In this document: piece by piece, positions 9,018 through 18,353 of the stretch
How positions within the stretch are numbered: the first letter of the stretch is position 1
How the letters are laid out: each line of letters starts with the position of its first letter
Source: Brevundimonas sp.
GTDB lineage: Bacteria > Pseudomonadota > Alphaproteobacteria > Caulobacterales > Caulobacteraceae
Assembly: GCA_036387575.1 (NCBI GenBank)
Contig: DASVTM010000448.1
Location: 1-36,209 of the forward strand
DNA: 36,209 bases
Direction: 5' to 3'
The notes under the pieces: model-generated
Database searches by the model: none
What the model was told of the DNA's origin: nothing
Seen by the model: only the letters and a program-made list of their open reading frames with translations
Program-made: the position numbers and the translations under genes

Positions 9018-11726
9018 TTAGCGCGCTTCCGGCTCAGGCGAAACGGCCTTTGCCTTGCGGAGCGGGCGATTGAGATCGGAGACGTCGCGAGCACTGGCCC
9101 GGGCGGCGACGATGGCGCGTCCTTTCGGAGCGGCCGGGGTGCGTTCCAACACCGCCTCGAGACCGTGCTGGATCTCGTTCAGCAGCAGTTCCGAGAACAC
9201 CTTCCGGCCCTTGCGATCCACCACGTAAAAACTGTCAACGGCCCGTTCGCCGAAGCCCGCGACGTGGGCCGAGCGGATCGACAGGTCGAGATCGCTCAGG
9301 GTCCGGGACAGCTCGGCCAGAAGGCCGGGCCGGTCGGCGCCGGAGACCTCGATCACCGTGGCGCTCTCACTGGCGCCGGCGTCGATCATGACCACGGGGC
9401 GAACGTCGAAAACGGCCCGCCGGGGCGTGGCGATAGGCATGGCCGGCGCATCGATGGGCGCCTCGCCCCGTGCAGCAGCCTCCAGCGCGGCGACGAGAGT
9501 CTTCAGGCGTCGCGGTTCGGCTTGGCCATAGGGGGCGTCCGCGCCGTCCTGAACCTGAAACACGTCCAGCACCGTGCCGTCGGCGGCAGTGGCGACCCGC
9601 GCCCCGGTGACGTCGGCGCCGGCGGCGGCGAGGACGGCGGTCAGGTCGGCGAACAGGCCGGGCCGGTCGCGCGCCGCCAAGGCGATCTCGGTGGTCGCCT
9701 CGATCCGCCCTGGCCCCTGCCGACACTCGGCGGCCGCGCCGGTTTCGCAGGCGCGGGCGATCAGATGGGCGTGTTCCGCCAAAGGATCGATCAGATCGAC
9801 ATCTTCACCCCGGAACAGGGCTTCGACGCGGGTATAGAGGGCGGTGATCAACTGACCCTTCCAGTTGTTCCAGACGCCCGGCCCGACGGCGCGGATGTCG
9901 GCGACGGTCAGCACCAACAGCAGCCGCAGCCGCTCGGGATCACCGACGATCTCGGCGAAGTCGCGGATCGTCTGGGGGTCGGAGGTGTCGCGCTTCTGGG
10001 CATAGTCGGACAGCGCGAGGTGGTTGCGAACCAGCCAGACGACCAGCTCGATCCGGCGCGGCTCGACGCCCAGCCGTTCGCAAGCCCGACGCGCGGCGAT
10101 GGCCCCGTCCTCGAGCTGGCCTCGTTCGCCACCCTTGCCGACGTCATGCAGCAGCATGGCCAACATCAGCACCTCCAGATCGGCGATCAGGTGGATGGTC
10201 GAGGACGACAGCGGATGGTCTTCCTTCAACTTGCCCCGGAAGATGTCGTTGATGATGCCGATGGCCTGCAGGCTGTGCTCGTCGACGGTATAGGCGTGGT
10301 ACATGTTGAACTGGGTCTGGCCGACGATCCGGCCCCATTCGGGCAGGAACCGGCCCAGCAGGCCCGTCTCGTTCATGATGGTGAGGACGCGATAGGGCCT
10401 CTGCCCGTGCGCCAGAATGTGCAGCAGGGCGGCGGTGGCGCGAGGGTCCCGTCTCAGCTTCGGCGTCACCAGACCCAACGACCGCGTCACTGCCGAGAAG
10501 GCGTGCGGGTGGACGTCGAGGTCGTGCTGATCGGCGATGACGAACAGGGACAGCAGCTTGACCGGATCATCGGCGAACACCTGCGCGCTCTCCACCGACA
10601 GCCGCCCGCCGTCCTCGATGAAGCCGGCGACGCCGAGGTTGCGCTTCCGCCCCGGGATGAGCCGCGAAAGGCTCATCGTCTTCTTCTGCTGGCGCGCCTC
10701 CAGCGTCGCGCTCATCGCGCGGGTCAGGGCGCCGACGTCACGAGCGACGAGGAAGTATCGACGCATGAACCGCTCGACTGCGGGCTCGTCGCCCCGACCG
10801 CGCCAGCCCATTCGACGGGCGACTTCGGGCTGGAGATCGAAGGTCAGCTTTTCCTCGGCGCGCCCTGCGGTCAGGTGCAGATGTGTCCGCACCCGCCACA
10901 GGAAGTCGAACGCCTCCTCGAACGTCCGGCGCTCGCGGGAAGTCAGCAGGTCGTCGAGCACGGCCGCGCCGAGCGGGCTCTCGGGCGCCAGAGCTCTGGC
11001 AATCCAGAACAGGGTGTTGAGGTCTCGCAGACCGCCCTTGCCGTCCTTGATGTTGGGCTCGACGCGGTAACGGACGGCGCCCGCCTTGGTGTGCCGGGCT
11101 TCGCGTTCTTCCAGCTTGGCGGCGATGAACGGGCGCGGATCGGCGTTCGTCACGGTCCCCCGGAAGCGCCAGAGGAAATCCTCGGCCAGAGGCTGGTCTC
11201 CCGCCAGCCAGCGGCCTTCCAGCAAGGCGGTGCGGACGGTCATGTCGCTGCGGGAGAGGGCCAGACATTCATCTACCGACCGGGCCGACGACCCGACCTT
11301 GAGCCCCAGGTCCCACAGGACATAGAGAACGAACTCCGCCACCGTCTCGGTGCGGGCCGTGGTCTTCCACGGGCGCAGGAACAGCAGGTCGAGATCCGAG
11401 AACGGCGCCAGCACGCCACGTCCGTACCCGCCGACCGCGATCAGGGTCAGCTTCTCGGCCTCGGTCGGATTGTGCGATGGATAGAGGGTCTCAGTGGTGA
11501 ACCGCCACAGGGCGATCAGGATGTCGTCGGCTGCGGCGGAATACTGACGCGCCACCTCGACCCCGCCGAGACCGGCGGCCAGACGTAAGGCGATCTTGTC
11601 CCGCGCCGCGGCGTAATGGCTCCGCAGCAGTGCGGCGACGCCGGCGCGAACGTCCGAACCGCCGACGAGAGCATCCAGGCGGTCATCCAGACCTGTTCGG
11701 GAAGATGTCAGGGAAACGGGGGTCAT
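9018..11726 (-). CDS. glnD: [Protein-PII] uridylyltransferase / uridylyl-removing enzyme
   Basis: AVGGYGRG..PFSDLDL nucleotidyltransferase motif, EPNIKDGKGGLRDL, YHAYTVDEH, LLHDVGKG (HD domain), two ACT domains (DRPGL). Start ATG 11726 has a CTATAT -10-like element just upstream. Confidence 0.96.
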   Translation of the reverse strand: MTPVSLTSSRTGLDDRLDALVGGSDVRAGVAALLRSHYAAARDKIALRLAAGLGGVEVARQYSAAADDILIALWRFTTETLYPSHNPTEAEKLTLIAVGGYGRGVLAPFSDLDLLFLRPWKTTARTETVAEFVLYVLWDLGLKVGSSARSVDECLALSRSDMTVRTALLEGRWLAGDQPLAEDFLWRFRGTVTNADPRPFIAAKLEEREARHTKAGAVRYRVEPNIKDGKGGLRDLNTLFWIARALAPESPLGAAVLDDLLTSRERRTFEEAFDFLWRVRTHLHLTAGRAEEKLTFDLQPEVARRMGWRGRGDEPAVERFMRRYFLVARDVGALTRAMSATLEARQQKKTMSLSRLIPGRKRNLGVAGFIEDGGRLSVESAQVFADDPVKLLSLFVIADQHDLDVHPHAFSAVTRSLGLVTPKLRRDPRATAALLHILAHGQRPYRVLTIMNETGLLGRFLPEWGRIVGQTQFNMYHAYTVDEHSLQAIGIINDIFRGKLKEDHPLSSSTIHLIADLEVLMLAMLLHDVGKGGERGQLEDGAIAARRACERLGVEPRRIELVVWLVRNHLALSDYAQKRDTSDPQTIRDFAEIVGDPERLRLLLVLTVADIRAVGPGVWNNWKGQLITALYTRVEALFRGEDVDLIDPLAEHAHLIARACETGAAAECRQGPGRIEATTEIALAARDRPGLFADLTAVLAAAGADVTGARVATAADGTVLDVFQVQDGADAPYGQAEPRRLKTLVAALEAAARGEAPIDAPAMPIATPRRAVFDVRPVVMIDAGASESATVIEVSGADRPGLLAELSRTLSDLDLSIRSAHVAGFGERAVDSFYVVDRKGRKVFSELLLNEIQHGLEAVLERTPAAPKGRAIVAARASARDVSDLNRPLRKAKAVSPEPEAR

Positions 11727-11886
11727 CGGCTTGCGCAATATAGTCACGACGAAGCCCTGCGTCTCGTTCAGGGTTTGGTACGCGCACTGTGTCTCCGGCG
11801 CCGCGTCCGCTCGCCAACGCGGGGAGTGCGCTGGAGTCTCTGCCAAGGTTGAGGCAGGGTTCCGGAACACTGTTCCCGGAGCCTTC

Positions 11887-12663
11887 TTGATACCGCGTCT
11901 GGTCCTCGTCGCAGCTCTGGCAGTCATGGCGCTTAGCCTTGGCCTGTTTTCGCATGCGTGGGCCGGGGAGGGTCCGGAGGACGGTTTGGGCGCGAGTGAT
12001 GGATCCCGTAGTGGCTCTGCCCTTGGCGCCGATCGCAGCGAATTGCGTCGCGAGCACTGGTCCGACGGCCTGACCATGGCGGCAGCCGGATACGGCCCGG
12101 TCGGAGGTGATGCCCAGCTGTCGCGCGAGGTCCTGGGCGAGATGAACCGGATGCGTTCGGATCCGCAGGCCTATGTCGCCGTGCTGCAGGACTACCGCCG
12201 TCAGTTTCAGGGCGCCATCGTTGTCCGTCCGGGCCGCATCAACATCCAGACCCGCGAGGGCGTAGCCGCAGTCGACGAGGCCATCGCCTTCCTGCGGCGT
12301 CAGAAGCCGGTGTCGCGGCTTTCGCCCGATTTGATCCTGGCCCTGACGGCTGGAGATCATGTGGCCGACCAGGGCCCGACCGGCTTTATCGGCCACTACG
12401 GTTCTGACGGGTGGGATTTCGTGACCCGGGTGTCGCGGCGTGGGGGCGATCCCTACGGCGGCGAGAACATTTCCTACGGCTACGATACCGCGCGCGAGGT
12501 CATGGTCCAGCTGCTGGTCGACGACAATATCGCGGACAGGGGTCACCGGACCAACCTGTTCCGCGACGGCTATGTCCGCGCTGGCGTGAGCTGCGGCCCT
12601 CACGCGCTGTTCAACCACATGTGCGTCATCGACTACGGCTATGAGCCTGTCAAAGGCAGGTAG
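11887..12663 (+). CDS. CAP (SCP/PR-1-like) domain secreted protein
   Basis: Signal-like N-terminus (AWA); EMNRMR..P, GENISYG, LLVDD..DRGHRTNLF, GVSCGPH. Start uncertain (TTG 11887 or ATG 11926). Confidence 0.8.
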   Translation: MIPRLVLVAALAVMALSLGLFSHAWAGEGPEDGLGASDGSRSGSALGADRSELRREHWSDGLTMAAAGYGPVGGDAQLSREVLGEMNRMRSDPQAYVAVLQDYRRQFQGAIVVRPGRINIQTREGVAAVDEAIAFLRRQKPVSRLSPDLILALTAGDHVADQGPTGFIGHYGSDGWDFVTRVSRRGGDPYGGENISYGYDTAREVMVQLLVDDNIADRGHRTNLFRDGYVRAGVSCGPHALFNHMCVIDYGYEPVKGR

Positions 12664-12725
12664 GTAGTCAGGTCGTAGGCCTTGGGAGCGTCGGATCCCC
12701 TGCGGGTATGCTTCCTGTCTGCTGC

Positions 12726-15431
12726 CTACTTCCTCTTCAAAGCCTTCAGGCGATACAGCGCCTCAAGCGCCTCGCGGGGGCTCATCGCATCCGGATCAAG
12801 GGCGGCGACGGCTTCGTCCATGGCGGACTTCATCGGCGGGGGCGGCGGTTCTGCCAAGGCGAACAGGGGCAGGTCGTCGAGCCGGTGATTGGCGGCCTTT
12901 TCGCTTTCCAGACGATCGAGTACCGAGCGGGCTCGCGCAACGACGGACGGCGGCACTCCCGCCAGTTTGGCTACCTGAACGCCATAGGATCGGTCGGCAG
13001 CGCCGGGCGCGGCCTCGTGCAGGAAGACTAGCTCGCCATTCCACTCCTTGGCTTTCATCGACAGGTTGGAGACGTGGTCGAGCCGCTCTTCGAGCCGCGC
13101 CAGCTCGTGATAATGAGTGGCGAACAGCGTCCGGGCGCGGTTGGTGTCATGCAGGGCTTCGGCGCAGGCCCAGGCGATGGCGAGACCGTCATAGGTCGAC
13201 GTGCCGCGCCCGATCTCATCCAGCACCACGAAACTGGCGGGGGTCGCCTGGGTCAGGATGGCGGCGGTCTCGACCATCTCCATCATGAAGGTGGAGCGGC
13301 CGCGCGCGAGGTCGTCGCCAGCGCCGACGCGGCTGAACAGTCGATCGACCACGCCCAGCCGCATCGACCGCGCGGGCACGAAGGATCCGGCCTGGGCCAG
13401 GATCACCAGCAGCGCATTCTGGCGCAGGAACGTCGATTTGCCCGCCATGTTGGGCCCGGTGACGATCGAAAGACGCGGACAGCCCCCGCCCTTGATCGGC
13501 GCGCCGTCCAGTCGGCAGTCGTTCGGCGTAAAGGGATCGCCGGCCTTCTTGACCGCCGCCTCGACCACCGGATGCCGTCCGGCCTGCACCTCGAACGTCA
13601 GGCTGGAGTCGACGGTCGGGCGCACCGCCCCGACCTCCTCGGCCCATTCCGCGAGGGCCGAGGTGGCGTCCAGTTCGGCCAGCGCGTCGGCGACCGCCTG
13701 CAGAGGGCGAGCCAGCCGCTGGACGGTCTGGCGCCAGCCTTCGAAGGTCTCGCCCTCCATGGCGAGCGCGCGATAACCCGCCTGGCTGATTTTCGCGTCG
13801 AGTTCCGACAGTTCGACGGTGGTGAACCGGACCTGCGCCGCCAGAGTCTGGCGGTGGATGTAGGGACTCTCTGGACCGACACGGAACAGCGGCTCGGCGT
13901 GTTTGGCGGTGGTCTCGAGGAAATAGCCGAGCACCGCGTTGTGCTTGATCTTGAAAGGCACCCCACTGTCGGCGACGGCGCGGGCCTCAAGATCGGCGAC
14001 AACCCGGCGGCTGTCGTCCCTCAGGGTGCGGGCGGCGTCCAGCTCGGGTCGGAAACCGGGACGGACAAAGCCGCCGTCGCGCGCCAGATGCGGCGGCTCT
14101 TCCATCAGCCCTTCGGCCAGATCGACCATCAGCTGGGCGGTGTCCGGCGACAGGGTCAGCCGGTCGAGACAGCCGATGATCCGCGCAGGCGGAGCGCTCA
14201 ATGGGTTGCCTGAGACGACGAACAAGCCGGCGATGCCCTCGGCGATGGTCAGGCCTGAGCGGATGGCGGCGAGGTCGCGCGGACCGCCACGCCCCAACGC
14301 CAACCGTGACACAGCGCGCGCCACGTCGGCGGAGGCTTTCAGCCCGTCGCGCAGGTCGCGGCGCAGGTCGCGGCGCTCCAGCAACCATTCGACGGCGTCA
14401 AGTCCATCATTGATCGCGACGGGATCACGGAGCGGCCGGGATATCCGCTCCGCCAGCGCCCGCGCTCCGCCCGAGGTCACAGTGCGATCGAGACAGGCGA
14501 GCAGCGACCCCTCGCGTTCGCCACGCTGGGTGCGATCGATCTCAAGGCTCTGGCGGGTGGCGGGATCGATGGCGAGGAAGCCGCTCTCGCCGGACCGGCG
14601 CGGCGGTGTCAGGGCCGGGACCTTGCCCGCCTGAGTGGTCTCCAGATAGGCCGCGATCAGGCCCAGCGCGGAGACCTCGGCCTCCTCGAAGGCGCCGAAC
14701 CCGTCCAGCGAGGCCACGCCGTACAAGCGTTCGACACGATCGCGCGCCGCAGCGGGCTCGGCGACGGCCGAGGCCATGGCCTGAACTACGCCGCCCGACC
14801 CGTCGAGCGCCGGTCGCACTGCATCGTCTGAGAACAGCTTGTCCGGAACCAGCACTTCGGACGGCCGGAACGCGGCCAGGGTCGCAGCGAGATCGCCCAG
14901 ATCGCAGGCGATGGAATCCACCGCTCCGGCAGACAGCTCGACCACGGCGACCGCGGCGCGGCCCTTGCGGATGGCGACGGCGGCGAGCCGGTTCGCTCCA
15001 CGCGCTTCCAGCAGCGAGTCCTCGGTCAGAGTGCCGGGCGTGACGACCCGAACAATGTCGCGCGCGACGATGGATTTGGAGCCGCGCTTTCGGGCCTCGG
15101 CGGGCGTCTCGATCTGGTCGCAGATCGCGACCCGTTGCCCTGCCCGGATCAGCCGCGCCAGATATCCGTCCAGCGCGTGGACCGGCACCCCGGCCATCGG
15201 GATGTCCTCGCCCTGATGCTTGCCGCGCTTGGTCAGGGTGATGCCGAGCAGACCCGAGGCGATCTCGGCGTCCTTGAAGAACAGCTCGTAGAAATCGCCC
15301 ATGCGGAAGAAGACGATGGCGTCGGGCTGCGCCGCCTTGGCCGCCAGAAACTGGGCCATGACGGGCGTCACGCCGTCAGTCGAAACTGGCGTCGAGGGGG
15401 ACTGCGGAGGATGTGCGAGGGGAGCGTTCAT
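12726..15431 (-). CDS. mutS: DNA mismatch repair protein MutS
   Basis: TPVMAQF, FRMGDFYELF, Walker A TGPNMAGKST, STFMMEM, DEIGRGTST, FATHYHEL, SYGVQVAKLAG. Confidence 0.98.
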   Translation of the reverse strand: MNAPLAHPPQSPSTPVSTDGVTPVMAQFLAAKAAQPDAIVFFRMGDFYELFFKDAEIASGLLGITLTKRGKHQGEDIPMAGVPVHALDGYLARLIRAGQRVAICDQIETPAEARKRGSKSIVARDIVRVVTPGTLTEDSLLEARGANRLAAVAIRKGRAAVAVVELSAGAVDSIACDLGDLAATLAAFRPSEVLVPDKLFSDDAVRPALDGSGGVVQAMASAVAEPAAARDRVERLYGVASLDGFGAFEEAEVSALGLIAAYLETTQAGKVPALTPPRRSGESGFLAIDPATRQSLEIDRTQRGEREGSLLACLDRTVTSGGARALAERISRPLRDPVAINDGLDAVEWLLERRDLRRDLRDGLKASADVARAVSRLALGRGGPRDLAAIRSGLTIAEGIAGLFVVSGNPLSAPPARIIGCLDRLTLSPDTAQLMVDLAEGLMEEPPHLARDGGFVRPGFRPELDAARTLRDDSRRVVADLEARAVADSGVPFKIKHNAVLGYFLETTAKHAEPLFRVGPESPYIHRQTLAAQVRFTTVELSELDAKISQAGYRALAMEGETFEGWRQTVQRLARPLQAVADALAELDATSALAEWAEEVGAVRPTVDSSLTFEVQAGRHPVVEAAVKKAGDPFTPNDCRLDGAPIKGGGCPRLSIVTGPNMAGKSTFLRQNALLVILAQAGSFVPARSMRLGVVDRLFSRVGAGDDLARGRSTFMMEMVETAAILTQATPASFVVLDEIGRGTSTYDGLAIAWACAEALHDTNRARTLFATHYHELARLEERLDHVSNLSMKAKEWNGELVFLHEAAPGAADRSYGVQVAKLAGVPPSVVARARSVLDRLESEKAANHRLDDLPLFALAEPPPPPMKSAMDEAVAALDPDAMSPREALEALYRLKALKRK

Positions 15432-15505
15432 GCGAAGCGCACAGGGTGACGGATCGCGGGCCCCGTCTCAAGCCATTCCCGGATAACGGGCCGAAAGTAC
15501 GGGGC

Positions 15506-16414
15506 TCAGGCCGCGTGGCTGATCGGGATGCGCGGTCCGGCCGTCAGGGCGGCAGGTTCGGTCAGGGCCAGCGCGTCCCAGTCGAGATCGGGCTTGGGGG
15601 CGCAGGACGCCGCGAGGATGGCGCGAAGTTCCGCCGCAGAGGCGACGCTGGCGACCACGCAGGTCGCGGGCGGGAGGCTGAGCGCGAAGGCAAGCGCGGC
15701 CTGCATCGGGTCGACCCGAGCCTCGGCCAGACGGCGGCGAACGCGCGACAGCGCCACGCCATGCTCGGCCAGATGGGGGGGCAGGCTGTCGCGGCTGGCG
15801 AATAGCAGGCCACGTGCGAACACGGACGACAGGTGAACGTCGATGTTCATTGCCGCCAGATCCGACAGAACGCCTTCGCTGACCGCGCGCTGATCCAGAA
15901 GATTGCAGGGCATCTGCACCACGTCGGGCTGGTACCGGCGCGCCAGCAGGGCGGGACCATCCTCCATGGTCGCGCAGAAGCCGATCCGGCGATACAGGCC
16001 GCGATCCTTGAGTGATTTCATCCGATCCCAAAGGGCGCGACCCTCGGCCCCCGCCAGATCGGCAGCGTTGGAAACCAGCAGAACATCTCCGCGCGGGAGG
16101 CCCAGACGCTCCAGCGAACGGCGGGCGCGAGCCTCGACCCGATCAAGGCCATCAGCCAGAGGCACAGTGCGCACGGTGACGCGGAAGGGGGAGGGGAACG
16201 GCCAGGCCTGACCCAGCAAACGTTCTCCGTCGCGGTCGGGACGTGTGGCCACGACCTTGATGCCGGCGTCTGCCGCCGTCTGGAGCAGGAAGCGCATGGC
16301 GTCTTCCCGTGCGCCGACGGGAGCCGTCGTCACGGCGCCGACGGCCCGTTCGGGCTCGGTCACCACCGCCATGGCGAGTTTGCCGGCGGGAGTCTGTGCG
16401 GGAAGCGGCTTCAC
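15506..16414 (-). CDS. kidO: KidO-like aldo/keto reductase-fold regulator
   Basis: Resembles Caulobacter KidO as recalled (PFRVT, VEARARRSLERLG, LWDRMKSLKDRGL, NLLDQR, DPMQAALAFALS, PDLDWD). Lacks the AKR DTAxxYG motif and ends in AA. GTG start at 16414 with AAGG upstream. Confidence 0.72.
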   Translation of the reverse strand: MKPLPAQTPAGKLAMAVVTEPERAVGAVTTAPVGAREDAMRFLLQTAADAGIKVVATRPDRDGERLLGQAWPFPSPFRVTVRTVPLADGLDRVEARARRSLERLGLPRGDVLLVSNAADLAGAEGRALWDRMKSLKDRGLYRRIGFCATMEDGPALLARRYQPDVVQMPCNLLDQRAVSEGVLSDLAAMNIDVHLSSVFARGLLFASRDSLPPHLAEHGVALSRVRRRLAEARVDPMQAALAFALSLPPATCVVASVASAAELRAILAASCAPKPDLDWDALALTEPAALTAGPRIPISHAA

Positions 16415-16511
16415 CCGCCGACCTTGCACGACAATGTTTAAGGGAGGCTGACCCGGAAGCTTACAGAGTCTTACCTGCAGACCGCTGGTCGACTGAAGTT
16501 TCCGTGGAAAA

Positions 16512-17141
16512 TCAGTCCGCGTCTGGCTGGATATCAGGACGGGCGGCGACAAAGGCGGAATGAGTCTCGGCTGCCTGCTCTACTGCCAGCAGTTTTGGCC
16601 AAGGCGTGAGATCGAGGTTGAAGCGTCTTGCCGAATAGAGCTGCGGGATCAGATAACAGTCGGCCAGCGTGGGCGTGGCCCCGAAGCTCCAGCCCTTCCC
16701 GTACTGGGCCACCATCTGCTCAAGGGCGTCAAACCCGGCCTTGATCCAGCCGCCCGCCCAGGCGTCAACCCCGTTCTGATCGGCCCCCAGACCCCTCACC
16801 GCCCCCAGCACGCGCAGATTGTTCAGTGGATGAATATCGCTGCCGATGAGGGCGGCCATGGCCCTGACACGGGCGCGCTCCAGAGGTCCGGCGGGGAGGA
16901 GCGCCGGTTCAGGATAGGCGTCCTCCAGCCACTCGAGGATCGCTACGCTCTGCGTCAGGATCGCACCGTCTATTTCGAGCGCAGGCACCATCCCCTGTGG
17001 ATTCAGCGCCAGATATTCCGGCGTCTTGTGCGCGCGCTGACGCAGATCGACCGTTTGTTGTTCGTAGGCCAGCCCCTTCAGGTTCAGGGCGATCCGGGTC
17101 CGGTACGACGTTCCGGACCGCCAGTAGGAATGCAGGATCAC
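16512..17141 (-). CDS. maiA: Maleylacetoacetate/maleylpyruvate isomerase (GST zeta class)
   Basis: HSYWRSGTSYRTRIALNLKGL, NPQGMVP, DIHPLNNLRVL. Confidence 0.92.
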   Translation of the reverse strand: MILHSYWRSGTSYRTRIALNLKGLAYEQQTVDLRQRAHKTPEYLALNPQGMVPALEIDGAILTQSVAILEWLEDAYPEPALLPAGPLERARVRAMAALIGSDIHPLNNLRVLGAVRGLGADQNGVDAWAGGWIKAGFDALEQMVAQYGKGWSFGATPTLADCYLIPQLYSARRFNLDLTPWPKLLAVEQAAETHSAFVAARPDIQPDAD

Positions 17142-17830
17142 GACGCGGCGGTTTCCGCGACGGTGAAGACCAGCGTCGTCAGGCCGTCGATGCTCGCCTC
17201 GACGCGGTCGCCGGGAACCAGCGGTCCAACGCCCTCGGGCGTGCCGGTGAAGATCAGGTCGCCGGGCTGCAGCGTCCAGAGTTCTCCGGCCTTGGCGACG
17301 ATCTCGTGCGGGTTCCAGATCATGTCCGACAGGTCGCCCGCCTGTTTTGCCACCCCGTTCACCGCCAGGGTGATGGAGGCGCAGGGTTCGGGCAGGTCGC
17401 CTAGCGTGATCGGGCCGCAGGGCGCCGACTGGTCAAAGCCCTTCGAGGCGTCCCAAGGCCGGCCTTTTTCCTTTGCTGCAGCTTGAAGGTCGCGTCGTGT
17501 CAGATCGACGCCAACGGCCCAGCCAATGGCGCCGATGCTTCCTTCGCTGGTCGACCCGATCGCGACAACCAGCTCGACCTCGTGGTGCAGATTGGTCGTG
17601 GCGGAGGGATAGGCCGGATCCTTGCCGTCGGTGACGACGGCGTCAGCCGGCTTGGAGAAAAAGAAGGGCGCCGGTCTCGAGGGGTCGCCCCCCATCTCGC
17701 GCACATGGGCGGCGTAGTTCTGGCCCACGCAAAGGATGCGACGCACGGGAAATCGGCGTCCTGCCTGTGCCGGCTCGCCGACGATCGGCAGGGACGGGGT
17801 AGGTGCGGGGGGGAACAGCCAGTCGGTCAT
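17138..17830 (-). CDS. Fumarylacetoacetate hydrolase family protein (fumarylpyruvate hydrolase-like)
   Basis: CVGQNYAAHVREMG, FFSKP, HHEVEL, DLTRRDLQ, KGFD, GDLIFTGTPEGVG; GTGA overlap with maiA. Confidence 0.9.
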   Translation of the reverse strand: MTDWLFPPAPTPSLPIVGEPAQAGRRFPVRRILCVGQNYAAHVREMGGDPSRPAPFFFSKPADAVVTDGKDPAYPSATTNLHHEVELVVAIGSTSEGSIGAIGWAVGVDLTRRDLQAAAKEKGRPWDASKGFDQSAPCGPITLGDLPEPCASITLAVNGVAKQAGDLSDMIWNPHEIVAKAGELWTLQPGDLIFTGTPEGVGPLVPGDRVEASIDGLTTLVFTVAETAAS

Positions 17831-17899
17831 GAGCGGGTTCTAGGACGGCCAGAGGGCTGCGTCATCTGTCCTGCGTGCTGCGCTGCGGCGAAAGAAGCC

Positions 17900-17924
17900 G
17901 GAACTCTCATGACACTGTAGCGTT
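17900..17924 (+). promoter_or_regulatory. SigT/EcfG general-stress promoter
   Basis: GGAAC-N16-CGTT, 51 nt upstream of the DUF883 gene. Confidence 0.8.
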
Positions 17925-17975
17925 CAGCGGCTGAGGCATCTATTTAAAGCAAAGCTTATCACCGGAGCGCGCGAC

Positions 17976-18353
17976 ATGGCCACGACCAAGGCTCGAGAAG
18001 ACATCAAGAACGACCTGAAGACCCTCAAGGAAGACCTGAAGACCGGCGCCCGCGAGGAAGCGGACCGTCTGAAGGAAAAGGCCGCCGAGGCTCAGGAACG
18101 TCTGAAAGCAAAGTCGGCCGCCACGGAGGCCCGGGTGCGCGAGCAGGCTGACGTCCTGCGCGATCAAGCCCGTGGCTACTACGATCAGGCTCGCGTGCGC
18201 GGTCGGGAATACTATGACGACGCCTCCGAGCGTTTCGATGAAGCCCAACGCTACATCACGGAACGGGTGCAGGAGCGTCCGGTCCAGTCCACCGCTATCG
18301 CGCTCGGCGTGGGTGTGGTGCTTGGTCTTCTTCTGGCCGGTCGTCGCCGCTGA
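17976..18353 (+). CDS. DUF883 / ElaB-YqjD family tail-anchored protein
   Basis: Charged helical N-terminus; C-terminal ERPVQSTAIALGVGVVLGLLLAGRRR; GGAG RBS. Confidence 0.88.
   Translation: MATTKAREDIKNDLKTLKEDLKTGAREEADRLKEKAAEAQERLKAKSAATEARVREQADVLRDQARGYYDQARVRGREYYDDASERFDEAQRYITERVQERPVQSTAIALGVGVVLGLLLAGRRR

Noticed and set aside
8958-11588. 876-aa ORF antisense to glnD (and similar ones opposite the S9 peptidase, trpS, mutS, dsbD and infC)
   Set aside because: Same antisense shadow effect; the real genes on the other strand carry complete motifs.
11727-12077. N-terminal extension of the glnD ORF
   Set aside because: Overlaps the divergent CAP gene and is low complexity; a promoter-like element sits just above ATG 11726.
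14347-14376. 12-bp tandem repeat inside mutS
   Set aside because: Simply encodes RRDLRRDLRD in frame; not a repeat array.
16460-16475. Possible CtrA box upstream of kidO (TTAC-N6-TTAC)
   Set aside because: Spacing and sequence do not fit TTAA-N7-TTAA.
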